Part shown: piece by piece, positions 20,239 through 29,559 of the stretch
Numbering within the stretch: the first letter of the stretch is position 1
Layout of the letters: the number at the start of each line of letters is the position of its first letter
NCBI GenBank assembly: GCA_963823555.1
Contig: CAWGMA010000001.1
Span: forward strand, 32,001 to 96,000
Length of the DNA stretch: 64,000 nucleotides
Direction of reading: 5' to 3'
Source: Candidatus Eiseniibacteriota bacterium
GTDB taxonomy: Bacteria; Eisenbacteria; RBG-16-71-46; CAVPCR01
Notes under the pieces: model-generated
Databases searched by the model: none
What the model saw: only the letters and a program-made list of their open reading frames with translations
Told to the model about the DNA's origin: nothing
Translations under genes and position numbers: made by a program

Positions 20239-21447
20239 ATGGTCCGACTCGGTTCGGTCCTGGTCCTGATCCTATTCGCGGCGGCCCATCTCCTGCCCGC
20301 ACCGGCGGGTGCGGAGGATGCTCCCGGATCGAAGGCGGCGCAGCAAACGACGAGAAGAAGCAAGAGCACCAAGAAGAAGAGCTCCAAGAAGAAGAGTTCC
20401 AAGAAGAAGGCTCCGCCTCCAGTGGATTTCAGCGGCGCCTTCGCCTTCGAGTTCATCTACGACGACAACGTCATCCACTATTCGGACGAGGATCTGGAGG
20501 AGTTCGCCACGCAGCCCAACGAGGGCAAATTCTCGATCACCTCGGCCGACGACTGGATCCTGAGGCCGCGTCTCGACATCGTGATGACGACATTCCGTCT
20601 CACAGGGAAGCCGCTCTCCACCCGGTTCCGGTATTCCTATTGGTACTACACTACGAACGACGTCAAGAACAACCAGTCGCTCCAGTTGCGGTTCAATCAC
20701 CCCGGGTTCGACAGCAAGGACAGCTTCGAGTTCACGATCTACTACTCCCCGCTGTCCTATATCCGCAACTTCCGCGATCGGCCCCCCTACGCACCTGCTT
20801 CGCAGCCGACTGAGTACACCGATTTCTCGTATACGTCGAACTCGTTCACGATCGGCTACTTCCGGCGGTGGACGCGATCGATCGATGCCGCCGTCGACCT
20901 CCGGCGTTCGATTCGCTATTACAACCAGGCATTCATGGAGAACGACAACTGGGAGTGGAACATCGGCACCAATGTCCTCTACCGCCTGACGAGTATCTAC
21001 CGCATTCGCGGTGAGTACGACTACAGCCATGTCGTGGCGCGCGGAGCGGACGAGGTGGGTGAGACGCGCGAGCTCTCCGATGATGGTGATCCCTCCTATG
21101 ACCGTGATTCCTATCGACTCTCGTTCGAGTATCGCCCGCGACGGAACCGCTACAAGCTGGACGGGATCACGCTGAGCGGGCAGTACCAGGCGTACTACTT
21201 CACGAGCCAGAAGACGGTCGACGAGGATCCGACGCACGTGGGGCGAAAGGACCAGGTCTATCGCCTCGGGATCGAGGCGGATACGGATCCGCTCATCGGC
21301 AAGGTCGCCTTCTACGCGGGCTATCTCTACAGCCAACGAACCTCCACGAGTCCGTCCGGTGTGGTGGTGGGTGATGATATCGGCGAGGAGAAGGACTACA
21401 CCGACAACCGCTCCTACTTCGGGGCGACTTACCCCCTGCCCTTCTGA
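20239..21447 (+). CDS. Probable outer-membrane beta-barrel protein with Lys/Ser-rich N-terminal extension
   Basis: Signal peptide ending AGA|EDA, Tyr-rich alternating strands, N-terminal YDDNV motif, C-terminal YFGATYPLPF. Confidence 0.7.
   Translation: MVRLGSVLVLILFAAAHLLPAPAGAEDAPGSKAAQQTTRRSKSTKKKSSKKKSSKKKAPPPVDFSGAFAFEFIYDDNVIHYSDEDLEEFATQPNEGKFSITSADDWILRPRLDIVMTTFRLTGKPLSTRFRYSYWYYTTNDVKNNQSLQLRFNHPGFDSKDSFEFTIYYSPLSYIRNFRDRPPYAPASQPTEYTDFSYTSNSFTIGYFRRWTRSIDAAVDLRRSIRYYNQAFMENDNWEWNIGTNVLYRLTSIYRIRGEYDYSHVVARGADEVGETRELSDDGDPSYDRDSYRLSFEYRPRRNRYKLDGITLSGQYQAYYFTSQKTVDEDPTHVGRKDQVYRLGIEADTDPLIGKVAFYAGYLYSQRTSTSPSGVVVGDDIGEEKDYTDNRSYFGATYPLPF
20356..20409 (+). repeat. 15-bp in-frame tandem repeat encoding (KKKSS)n
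   Basis: AGAAGCAAGAGCACC / AAGAAGAAGAGCTCC / AAGAAGAAGAGTTCC / AAGAAGAAG, translating to RSKSTKKKSSKKKSSKKK. Confidence 0.85.
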
Positions 21448-21551
21448 ATGGCCAGGAAGAGCGGGAGAGAAGCATGAGGAATTCGAGTATGAGATCGGGC
21501 AGGCGCGAGGTGGGGATCGGGCATCTTGTCGGCGGATGGGAGGCGGGAGCT

Positions 21552-23987
21552 ATGCTCCCCAAGGTGGCGCTTTGCCTGGCTGTTCTTGCCGGCTGCGGTG
21601 CCCAGGATCTCTACGAGCCGCCGACGGCGCCCTACATGATCGCCGGGCGTCTCAGTCTGCCCAGCCGCGTCGAGGACGTGAGCGTGCTCGGCGACTATGC
21701 CTATCTCGCCACCGGGCAGACCGGCCTCGTGATCGTGGACATATCCAGTCCGTCCACTCCCACCACGCTCAGGATACTCGACACGGTCAAGTACGCGGAG
21801 TCAATCAAGGTGGCGAGCACGCCGGCTGCCGACGGCGTGACCGACATCGCCTTCGTGGTCGAGGGCACGGAGGGTATCACCACTTACGACGTGACCGAGC
21901 CGGTCACCGCCTTCTCCTTCCAGCAGGGGACGACCGCCGTCGACGGCAACGGGCTCTTCGTCGAACTGCCTGATGAGCCCGGGGAGCCCTATGTCGTCTA
22001 TCTCGCCGAGAACTGGAAGGGACTCCGCATCTTCGAGTCCGATCCGACGACCCCGGGACTCCTGCGCTACAACGGTGTCTTCGCCGACACGCGCGGCTTC
22101 GCCAAGGCAGTGACCGTGAAGGACGGCTTCGCCTACGTCGCCGATGACGAACTGGGGCTCGCCGTCCTCGATGTCCGCACGCGCATCCTGGGGTCCGTCG
22201 TGATCGTCTCTGCTGCGGATACCCCCGGGAACGCCCTGGGAGTGGACATGGAGGGGGATCACGTCGTGGTCGCCGACGGAGACAACGGCCTCGTGATCAT
22301 GGAGGTGCATCTCGAAGGAGATCCCCCGGTACCGGTGCCCAGCCCGGTGGGGCACATCGCGCTCCCGGGCCGGTGCCGGTCGGTCCAGGTCCACGACGGC
22401 ACCGCGTTCGTGGCCGCCCAGGACGGTGGGGTGCATTTCGTCGATGTCACAACACCGTCCGCGCCCCGGCTCATCGGCACCGTGATCTCGAGCTACGCCA
22501 CCGGCGTTGCGGTCAGCAAGTCGGGAACGGTCGCGGTGAGCGATCGCGATGAGGGGCTTCTCGTTCTGACCGGGGGGCCGGCGCTTTCCGACAGGACCCC
22601 ACCGGCTGCGGTCGGCGACCTCTCGGCCCAGGCGGCGAGCGCTACGAGCGCCAGCCTGAGCTGGCGGGCGCCCGGCGACGACGGGCTTTCCGGGCAGGCC
22701 AGCCGCTATGACGTCCGCCTGGCCACGGTGCCCATCGACACCATGTCGGTCTGGGATCAGGCGACCCCGCTCGAGGGGGTGCCGGCACCGGGTCCCCGCG
22801 GGATCACCGAGGATCTGGTCGTGAACGGACTCACCCCCGGGGCCGAGGTCTTCTTCTGCATTCGGACCGCGGACGTGGCTGGAAACTGGTCCGATCTCTC
22901 CAACACCGCGTCGGTCCGGACTCCGCTCGGCAATGTGCCGCCGACCTTGTGCTGCAGCGTGGTCACGCCCGTGACCGGAACGACGGATTCGACCTTTGTC
23001 TTCGAGGTGACCTATCAGGATGGCGATGGGGATGCGCCCACCGAGGCGCTCGTCGTCGTCAGCGGGACGCCCCATGCCATGGCCCTCGCGAGCGGCGCCT
23101 ATGATACCGGGGCTCGCTTCCGGTACGCGGGATCCCTGCCATCAGGTGAGCAGGAGCACTACTTCTCGTTCTCGGATGGGGTGAATCCGACGGTCGAGAC
23201 TCCGGCGGCGCCGGGACCCTATGTCGCCTATGTCGCCTTCACGATGGGTAGCCCGCCCGAGGAGCCCGGCCGCGACGTGGACGAAACGGCGCACCCGGTC
23301 GCACTCTTGCGTTCGGTGACCCTCTCCGATCATGAGGTCACGCAGGCCGAGTACGAGGGAATCATGGGCGCCAATCCCTCGCGCATCGTCGGCGCCGACC
23401 TGCCCGTGCACAACGTGACCTGGGCCGATGCCGTTCTGTACTGCAACCAGCGCTCGATCGATGAAGGGCTGACCCCCGCCTATGTCATCGCCGGCGAGAA
23501 TGTGACCTGGAACCAGGAGGCCGACGGATACCGCTTGCCGACCGAGGCCGAGTGGGAGGGCTACTGCCGGGCCGGATCGGGGGCTGCGCTCGCCAATGGA
23601 CCGCTCGGCGAGGAGGCATGCGGGCTCGACAGCGGGCTCGATGCCATGGGCTGGTACTGCGCCAACGCCGGCGCGGGGCCGCACGCGGTCAAGACCAGGC
23701 AACCCAACGCCTGGGGTCTCTACGACATGCACGGCAATGTCTGGGAGTGGTGCTGGGATCGCTACACCGAAGATCTCGGCGGCGCCATCCAGGTTGATCC
23801 CACGGGGCCGACCTCGGGGCTGGCGCGCGTGATCCGGGGCGGTTCCTGGTACTACTTCGCTCGCGATTGTCGCTCCGCGGCTCGCGCTCCCTACTGGCCC
23901 AACTCAGCGGATGACACGATCGGGTTCCGCGTCGCGCGAAACGGTGCCCCGGGAGCGGCCGGGCGGGGAGGGCGTCCATGGCAGTAA
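21552..23987 (+). CDS. Lipoprotein with LVIVD repeats, an Fn3-like domain and a C-terminal FGE-sulfatase (SUMF1/CLec-fold) domain
   Basis: Lipobox VLAG|C; repeats YAYLATGQTGLVIVDIS and FAYVADDELGLAVLDV; LSWRAPGDDG; YRLPTEAEWE, NAWGLYDMHGNVWEWCWD, RGGSW, IGFRVAR. Confidence 0.85.
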   Translation: MLPKVALCLAVLAGCGAQDLYEPPTAPYMIAGRLSLPSRVEDVSVLGDYAYLATGQTGLVIVDISSPSTPTTLRILDTVKYAESIKVASTPAADGVTDIAFVVEGTEGITTYDVTEPVTAFSFQQGTTAVDGNGLFVELPDEPGEPYVVYLAENWKGLRIFESDPTTPGLLRYNGVFADTRGFAKAVTVKDGFAYVADDELGLAVLDVRTRILGSVVIVSAADTPGNALGVDMEGDHVVVADGDNGLVIMEVHLEGDPPVPVPSPVGHIALPGRCRSVQVHDGTAFVAAQDGGVHFVDVTTPSAPRLIGTVISSYATGVAVSKSGTVAVSDRDEGLLVLTGGPALSDRTPPAAVGDLSAQAASATSASLSWRAPGDDGLSGQASRYDVRLATVPIDTMSVWDQATPLEGVPAPGPRGITEDLVVNGLTPGAEVFFCIRTADVAGNWSDLSNTASVRTPLGNVPPTLCCSVVTPVTGTTDSTFVFEVTYQDGDGDAPTEALVVVSGTPHAMALASGAYDTGARFRYAGSLPSGEQEHYFSFSDGVNPTVETPAAPGPYVAYVAFTMGSPPEEPGRDVDETAHPVALLRSVTLSDHEVTQAEYEGIMGANPSRIVGADLPVHNVTWADAVLYCNQRSIDEGLTPAYVIAGENVTWNQEADGYRLPTEAEWEGYCRAGSGAALANGPLGEEACGLDSGLDAMGWYCANAGAGPHAVKTRQPNAWGLYDMHGNVWEWCWDRYTEDLGGAIQVDPTGPTSGLARVIRGGSWYYFARDCRSAARAPYWPNSADDTIGFRVARNGAPGAAGRGGRPWQ

Positions 23988-25144
23988 GCGTGAGCGAGAG
24001 GGTGGTCGTGAGCGATTCGCCCAGGCCCGAGACGCCGAGGCGCCCCGGCGGCAAGCAGCGCCTCGATTACATCGACCAGTTCCGCGGCCTGGTCGGCGTG
24101 CTCATGCTGCTCGGTCACAGCTCGTACTACTTCAATGCGATCTGGCGTGGCCTCGATCCGCTGGACCCCGTGTTCGGGAGCATGCCCCAGTTCATCCTGC
24201 GCTATGTGGGCTATCTGTGCGCCCCCGGGTTTCTCATGATGAACGGGGCCATGGTCTGGTACTCGTACACCCGCCGCCGCGCAGGGGGGGAGAGCGAGTG
24301 GTCCACGAAGTGGCATCTGCTCCAGCGCGGGCTGTTCCTCGTGCTGGTGCAGATGACCTGGGTGAACTCCTCGTGGGGAGGGTTTGCGGGCTGGCACCTC
24401 TGGCACCTCGGTATCATCGCGGCCATCGGGCTCGCCATGTGCTTCCTGACCCTGATCGTCGACTGGAGCCTGAAGGTGCGTCTGGCCGTGGCGCTCGCTG
24501 TCTTCGCCATCCATCCGCTGCTGCTGCGGATCCCCTACGACACGAGCCATACCTGGGCCACGGTCTTGATGCAGACCTTCATCGACTCCGGCGAGTTCAA
24601 CAAGTACCCTGTCATCCCCTGGTTCGGGCTGGCGGTCATGGGATCGGTGATGGCCACCGGCTGGATCGAGATCTGGCGGACGACGCGGGCGCGGGTCACG
24701 GCGAGCCTCTTGATCGCTGTCGCGGCCCTCGGCCTCGCCACGCTGGTGCGTCTGGGCCGCGGCTACGGCACCTTGAACGATTTCCAGTCGCTCACGCACT
24801 TCTCGTTCCTGCTCGATCAGAAGTATCCGCCGAGCCTGTATCATCAGCTCTGGTTCTTCGGCGCGGTGTGCGGGTGGATGGCGGTGATCCAGTGGCTCGG
24901 TCATCAGGTGCCGCGCGCAACGGCATGGCTCGGCGTTGTCGGTCGCGTGCCGCTCTTCTACTACTGCGTGCACATCGGGATCCTGGGCATCTTCTCGAAG
25001 CGGCTCGGGATCTACTATCGTGAAGGCGGGGTGACCGAGACCTTGATCGGGTTCGGGATCATGCTGGTCGTGATGATGCCGCTGGCGCGCTGGTTCGGGG
25101 GGGTGAAGAGGAGGAGCAAGAACCCCATCATTCAGATGATCTAG
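23978..25144 (+). CDS. DUF1624/HGSNAT-like polytopic membrane protein (putative acyltransferase)
   Basis: RLDYIDQFRGLVGVLMLLGH, CAPGF, QRGLFL, YPVIPWFG, KYPPSL, GRVPLFYY and many TM segments. Confidence 0.8.
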   Translation: MAVSVSERVVVSDSPRPETPRRPGGKQRLDYIDQFRGLVGVLMLLGHSSYYFNAIWRGLDPLDPVFGSMPQFILRYVGYLCAPGFLMMNGAMVWYSYTRRRAGGESEWSTKWHLLQRGLFLVLVQMTWVNSSWGGFAGWHLWHLGIIAAIGLAMCFLTLIVDWSLKVRLAVALAVFAIHPLLLRIPYDTSHTWATVLMQTFIDSGEFNKYPVIPWFGLAVMGSVMATGWIEIWRTTRARVTASLLIAVAALGLATLVRLGRGYGTLNDFQSLTHFSFLLDQKYPPSLYHQLWFFGAVCGWMAVIQWLGHQVPRATAWLGVVGRVPLFYYCVHIGILGIFSKRLGIYYREGGVTETLIGFGIMLVVMMPLARWFGGVKRRSKNPIIQMI

Positions 25145-25724
25145 CCTCGTGCTGGTCTTCACTGCTCGCCGCGGACCGATCGGCCCGGCGCGCCGCCTTC
25201 CTTGCGGCCTTCTCCATCTCGGCCTCCGCCTCGGTGCGCAGGCGGAAGTTCTTCTCGGCGATGAGTTCGCGGAAGAGATAGACGCGGAAGGTATAGTCAC
25301 CTGGGTCGCGACGGCTCGGCCGGATGGAGATCGAGCTTTTCAGCATGGTGTCTTCATCGCTCGGATCGAAGGCGATTTGCTTCTGATAGAAGACGTTGCC
25401 GTCAGCAGTGGACCAGACGAGATGGAACTTGAGCAAGCGCTGGCCGAGAGCGTAGGGGTTCTCGAGATCGACGAAGGCGTGGACCCTGGCGCCCTTGGCG
25501 AGCGTGAAGACCCGGCCGGTGCCGAGGCGCTTTCCGGTCTTCTTGCTCACGTCACGGCAGAGCGTGATCGAGGCCGTGATGCCATCCGGCTTCTTGGCCG
25601 GGTAGCTGAGGGTCGAGTCGGGCTCCACGACGGGCACCTCGGATCGGCTGGAGCAGCCCGATGCAAGTGCTAGAGTCAAGATGGCGAGATAGAGGGTGGC
25701 TGGCGCGCGCCGGGCGCTCCGCAT
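25128..25724 (-). CDS. Basic lipoprotein (~198 aa), possibly DUF2914/Ig-like
   Basis: ATG 25724 follows GAGGAG; lipobox LASG|C; C-terminal PGDYTFRVYL. This is the real 3' part of track ORF 25128..26510. Confidence 0.7.
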   Translation of the reverse strand: MRSARRAPATLYLAILTLALASGCSSRSEVPVVEPDSTLSYPAKKPDGITASITLCRDVSKKTGKRLGTGRVFTLAKGARVHAFVDLENPYALGQRLLKFHLVWSTADGNVFYQKQIAFDPSDEDTMLKSSISIRPSRRDPGDYTFRVYLFRELIAEKNFRLRTEAEAEMEKAARKAARRADRSAASSEDQHEARSSE

Positions 25725-25812
25725 CGTGGTCTCCTCCCTGGTGCGCTCCCGGTCGGCCCCCGTTCGGGGTCGACGCGGATGCCATTCTAGCTCATCGCCG
25801 CGGAGTAGGGAT

Positions 25813-26991
25813 ATGTTCGTCGCCCTAGCGCTCATTGCCGTCGTCCTCCTCCTGTGGTCGGTGGAGGCCGTTCGCCTGCGGCGCGGGCTCAGGGCGGTTC
25901 CCATCCGTATCCACGTCAACGGCAGTCGCGGCAAGTCGTCGGTGACGCGGCTGATCGCCGCCGGGCTCCGCGAAGCTGGGCTGCGAGTCCTGGCCAAGAC
26001 CACCGGCAGCCGAGCCCGGCTCATCCTGCCCGACGGGAGCGAGGAACCGGTGGTGCGGCTCGGGACGCCCAATATCGGCGAGCAGGCCGGCATCATCCAG
26101 CGGGCTCGCCGGGAGAGCGCCCAGGTCCTGGTCATGGAATGCATGGCCGTCCGGCCCGACCTCCAGCGCATCAGCGAGAAATCGATCATGCACTCGACGA
26201 TCGGTGTCATCACCAACGCCCGTGCGGACCACCTCGACGTCATGGGACCCACGGTCGCTGATGCCGCCCATGCTCTGGCCTCGACCATGCCCCGACGCGG
26301 CCGTGTCGTGGTCGGGGAGACGCTTTGCATGGACGTGTTCGCCGATGAGGCCCGGCGGCGCGAGTCGGAGTTCATTGTTGCCAAGGCGGCGGACGTACCG
26401 GCCGATGTCATGGCCGGCTTCTCCCATGTCGAGCATGCGGAAAACGTGGCCACCGCGCTGGCCGTGACCCGGATCCTCGGCGTGGCGGACGAGGTAGCGA
26501 TCCGAGGCATGCATCACGTGGCCCCCGATCCGGGAGCCTGTACGCTGTCCCACCTCGAGCATCGCGGGCTCGCCATCGAGTTCGCCAATATCTTCGCGGC
26601 CAACGACCTCGAGTCGACGATTGCGGTGTGGAAGCGGCTCGGCTTCGACCAGCGGAGCCCGGAAACGACCGTCGCCCTCTTGAATCTGCGCGGCGATCGC
26701 CTGGCTCGGTCGCTGGAATTCGCCGCGGCGGTGGAGACCCACCTGCGTGCCGATTACTATCTCCTGGTGGGGGATTTTCCGGACCGCGTCCGGCGGCGTT
26801 TCGAGGAGCAAGTGCCGGCCGACCGTCTGATCCCGCTCGGACGAGCCCACCCTGGGGCGATCTTCGACCGCATTGCCGAGGTCGGGGGGCCCGGAGTGCG
26901 GGTCGGTGGGATCGGCAACATCGGCGGACTGGGTCACGACATCCTGTCCTTCGTCGCCGCCGGGAACGGCGGCGAGAGGGGGAGTTCATGA
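25813..26991 (+). CDS. pgsB: Poly-gamma-glutamate synthase PgsB/CapB (Mur ligase family)
   Basis: N-terminal TM, then IRIHVNGSRGKSSVTRLIAAGL, AKTTGS, NIGEQ, MECMAVRP, ITNARADHLDVMG, PDPGA and FAANDLES. Confidence 0.93.
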   Translation: MFVALALIAVVLLLWSVEAVRLRRGLRAVPIRIHVNGSRGKSSVTRLIAAGLREAGLRVLAKTTGSRARLILPDGSEEPVVRLGTPNIGEQAGIIQRARRESAQVLVMECMAVRPDLQRISEKSIMHSTIGVITNARADHLDVMGPTVADAAHALASTMPRRGRVVVGETLCMDVFADEARRRESEFIVAKAADVPADVMAGFSHVEHAENVATALAVTRILGVADEVAIRGMHHVAPDPGACTLSHLEHRGLAIEFANIFAANDLESTIAVWKRLGFDQRSPETTVALLNLRGDRLARSLEFAAAVETHLRADYYLLVGDFPDRVRRRFEEQVPADRLIPLGRAHPGAIFDRIAEVGGPGVRVGGIGNIGGLGHDILSFVAAGNGGERGSS

Positions 26992-27004
26992 GGAGAGGGC
27001 TCTC

Positions 27005-27469
27005 ATGCTGATCGCCGAGGCCATCGGGCTCGGGCTCGTCGTGAGCTTGCTGTTCACGGAGGCCGTGGGTTTCGCCGCTGGCGGGTTCGTGGTGCCCGGC
27101 TACATCGCGCTCTATCTCGACCGGCCGCTCATGTTGCTCGGCACCGTGGTGGCCGCCGGAGCCACCTATCTCACGGCGCGGCTGGCCGGACGCTATCTCA
27201 TCATCTACGGGCGGCGTAGTCTGGTGCTGGCCGTGCTCATCGGCTTCGTCTTCGGCGCACTCATCGAGCGACTGCCGCGCCTCGACTTCACCTTCGAGAG
27301 CGGAACGCTCGCGGCCATCGGGTACATCATTCCGGGCCTCATCGCCTACTGGATGATCCGGCAGGGCGTGGTGCGCACGCTGGCCTCGATGGTGGTCGCG
27401 GCGGTGCTCGTGCGCTTCGCCCTGATCCTCCTGCACGGGGGTGCTGTCCTTGAAACGCCTGTTCTCTAG
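27005..27469 (+). CDS. pgsC: Poly-gamma-glutamate biosynthesis protein PgsC/CapC
   Basis: IGLGLVVSLLFTE..G..AGGFVVPGYIAL, IYGRR and IGYIIPGLIA..M.RQG; strong RBS; directly follows pgsB. Confidence 0.93.
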   Translation: MLIAEAIGLGLVVSLLFTEAVGFAAGGFVVPGYIALYLDRPLMLLGTVVAAGATYLTARLAGRYLIIYGRRSLVLAVLIGFVFGALIERLPRLDFTFESGTLAAIGYIIPGLIAYWMIRQGVVRTLASMVVAAVLVRFALILLHGGAVLETPVL

Positions 27470-29525
27470 CCACTTGCCGTGGGCGAAGCGGGCCGACCTG
27501 CTGCTCGTCCTGCTCGCCGTGCTGGGGCTCGTGCTCACCAACGTGAGCGAGGTCACGCAGCGACTCGAGGCCAAGCCCGATCTGGCGCGGAAGATGGCAG
27601 CAGCGACCAGCACCGTGCGCTGTTTCGAGGCCATCCGCCAGTACCGCCTGGGTGGTAACGCCAGCTTCGACCGCGAAAACGATCCCGAAGGAAGCGGTCT
27701 CATCGGTCAGGAGTTCACGCTCATCACCACCGATCGAGGCGTGCTCGAGGCGAAGCTGACATCAGTGAATCCGAACTTCGCCGCCTTGTTCGTCCGCTAC
27801 CTGCAGGAACTGGATCTCAAGCCCGGCGACCCGGTGGCCATCGCCATGACCGGATCCTTCCCGGCATTGAACATCGCGGCTCTGGTCGCAGCCGAAGAGC
27901 TTGGTCTGCGTCCGCTGCCCATCACCTCGGTGGGCGCGAGCATGTGGGGAGCCAACGATCCCTCCTTCACCTGGCTCGACATGGAGAGCCTCCTGATCGA
28001 GCGCGGGCTGATCCATACGCGCTCGATCGCCGCCTCGCTGGGCGGTTCCAACGACCGCGGTCGCGGCTTGAGCCCGATGGGACGCACGCTGCTCCACGAC
28101 GCGATCATGCGTAATGGGGTGGCGGTCATCTCCGAGCCGACCCTCGAGGAATCGGTCGAGCGGCGCGTGGCGGTGTTCGACAGCGCGGCGGGCACGGCCG
28201 GCGTCAAGGCCTACATCAACATCGGTGGTGGCTCGGCCTCGATCGGCAACCAGCTGAATGGGACTCTCATCCGGGCTGGAGTGAATCACCGGCTCAAGCG
28301 GTACAACTGGACGCGTCGCGGGGTATTGCACGAGTTTGCGCGGCGCGGAGTCCCGATCGTTCATGTCCTGGGCGTCGAGCAGATCGCCCATGCCAATGGC
28401 TTTCCGGTGGCTCCAGAGCTGGTGCCGGCGGTGGGTGAGGGCAAGATCTACCACGAGGAGGTCTATGATCTCCGCATCGTGGTGCCGGCCTTCCTCACCT
28501 TCCTCGTTCTGTGTCTGGGTGTTCTCTACACCCGCCATCACGCCGCACGACAGGCTGCGCTCGCCACCTTGCCGCCCGGGGTTCCAGTCGCCGGCGAGGC
28601 GGAGCCAGGGGAGCAGAAGACCGCCTCGGCGCGGGCCCGTGTTGCGCTCTCGATGCTCATCCTCTTCCTGGCGATGGCCCCGGGTGCCGATGCGGCATCG
28701 AGCCGCCTCAGAGCCACGAGCTCGGCCGGGAAGATCAGCATTCGCCTCGACGGCAAGCAGGCGAGCTACGATCTGGCCACCGCCGAGCGGCCGTTCGAGG
28801 TCAAGGTGACGGGCCCGGCCAAGATCCGGGTGGTCAGTCGGCTGATCCTGCCCCCTCCGCCGCGGGCGGCCAAGACCACGTACAAGCTGCGGATCGAAGC
28901 CGGCGAGGTCGTTCTGCGCACCCTGTCGGCCAAGGCCGGAGTGAGCCAGAGTGCGCGGACGGCGGACGGCAGGGCGGTGGGAACGCTTCAGCGCAAGGAG
29001 ATCCAGATTCCCGGCGGGTCGCACACCGTGCGCATCGTTCCCGCTGATGGCAGCAGTCAGGTGGCGATTCGTGTCTTCCTTGGATCCGGCAAGCCGAAGG
29101 TCAAATGGACTCCGTTCGCGCCCGAGAGCTACGTGAAAGCCGTGCGGCTCCAGGGCCAGGATTCGGAGGTGACCTACTATCGTTTCAGCCAGGATCAGCC
29201 CGTCGGCCTCACCATCGCCGGTCCGACCACGCTGCGGGTGATCACGCGCATCGACTTCGGTCAGGCGCGAGGCTACTCCCAGGCCTACGCCATCAAGGTG
29301 AACCTCGATTCGAAGCCGCTGAAGACGTTTTCCTTGAAGGCCACGGCCAGCCACACCGCGACCTACCCCGAACTTCCGCTGGTCACTCCGGGAGTCGGGC
29401 GCGATCTGAGTTTCGAGGTACCCAAGGGCCGGCATACGATCACGATCGAGCTGGATGCGGCAACGACCAAGACGGCTGCGCTCCGCATCCTGATTCCGCG
29501 CGATACGGTGACCAACCAACGCTGA
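27441..29525 (+). CDS. pgsW: Poly-gamma-glutamate system protein PgsW fused to a secreted tandem-domain module
   Basis: DPEGSGLIGQEFTLITTDRGVLEAKLTSVNPNFAA, MTGSFPALNIA, SVGASMWGANDP, ASLGG and YINIGGG. After the C-terminal TM there is an extra ~300 aa. Start is GTG 27441 or TTG 27450. Confidence 0.85.
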   Translation: MLSLKRLFSSHLPWAKRADLLLVLLAVLGLVLTNVSEVTQRLEAKPDLARKMAAATSTVRCFEAIRQYRLGGNASFDRENDPEGSGLIGQEFTLITTDRGVLEAKLTSVNPNFAALFVRYLQELDLKPGDPVAIAMTGSFPALNIAALVAAEELGLRPLPITSVGASMWGANDPSFTWLDMESLLIERGLIHTRSIAASLGGSNDRGRGLSPMGRTLLHDAIMRNGVAVISEPTLEESVERRVAVFDSAAGTAGVKAYINIGGGSASIGNQLNGTLIRAGVNHRLKRYNWTRRGVLHEFARRGVPIVHVLGVEQIAHANGFPVAPELVPAVGEGKIYHEEVYDLRIVVPAFLTFLVLCLGVLYTRHHAARQAALATLPPGVPVAGEAEPGEQKTASARARVALSMLILFLAMAPGADAASSRLRATSSAGKISIRLDGKQASYDLATAERPFEVKVTGPAKIRVVSRLILPPPPRAAKTTYKLRIEAGEVVLRTLSAKAGVSQSARTADGRAVGTLQRKEIQIPGGSHTVRIVPADGSSQVAIRVFLGSGKPKVKWTPFAPESYVKAVRLQGQDSEVTYYRFSQDQPVGLTIAGPTTLRVITRIDFGQARGYSQAYAIKVNLDSKPLKTFSLKATASHTATYPELPLVTPGVGRDLSFEVPKGRHTITIELDAATTKTAALRILIPRDTVTNQR

Positions 29526-29559
29526 CGGCGCTCCTCGGGCTCGCGCCGTCCGACCGGAG

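Noticed and set aside
23830..23945. FGE/CLec C-terminus as a diversity-generating retroelement variable region
   Set aside because: No reverse transcriptase and no adenine-variant template repeat of this segment were seen in the window. A remote DGR cannot be excluded.
25725..26510. N-terminal extension of the minus-strand ORF 25128..26510
   Set aside because: Antisense to pgsB. Only the lipoprotein part from ATG 25724 has an RBS and protein-like features.
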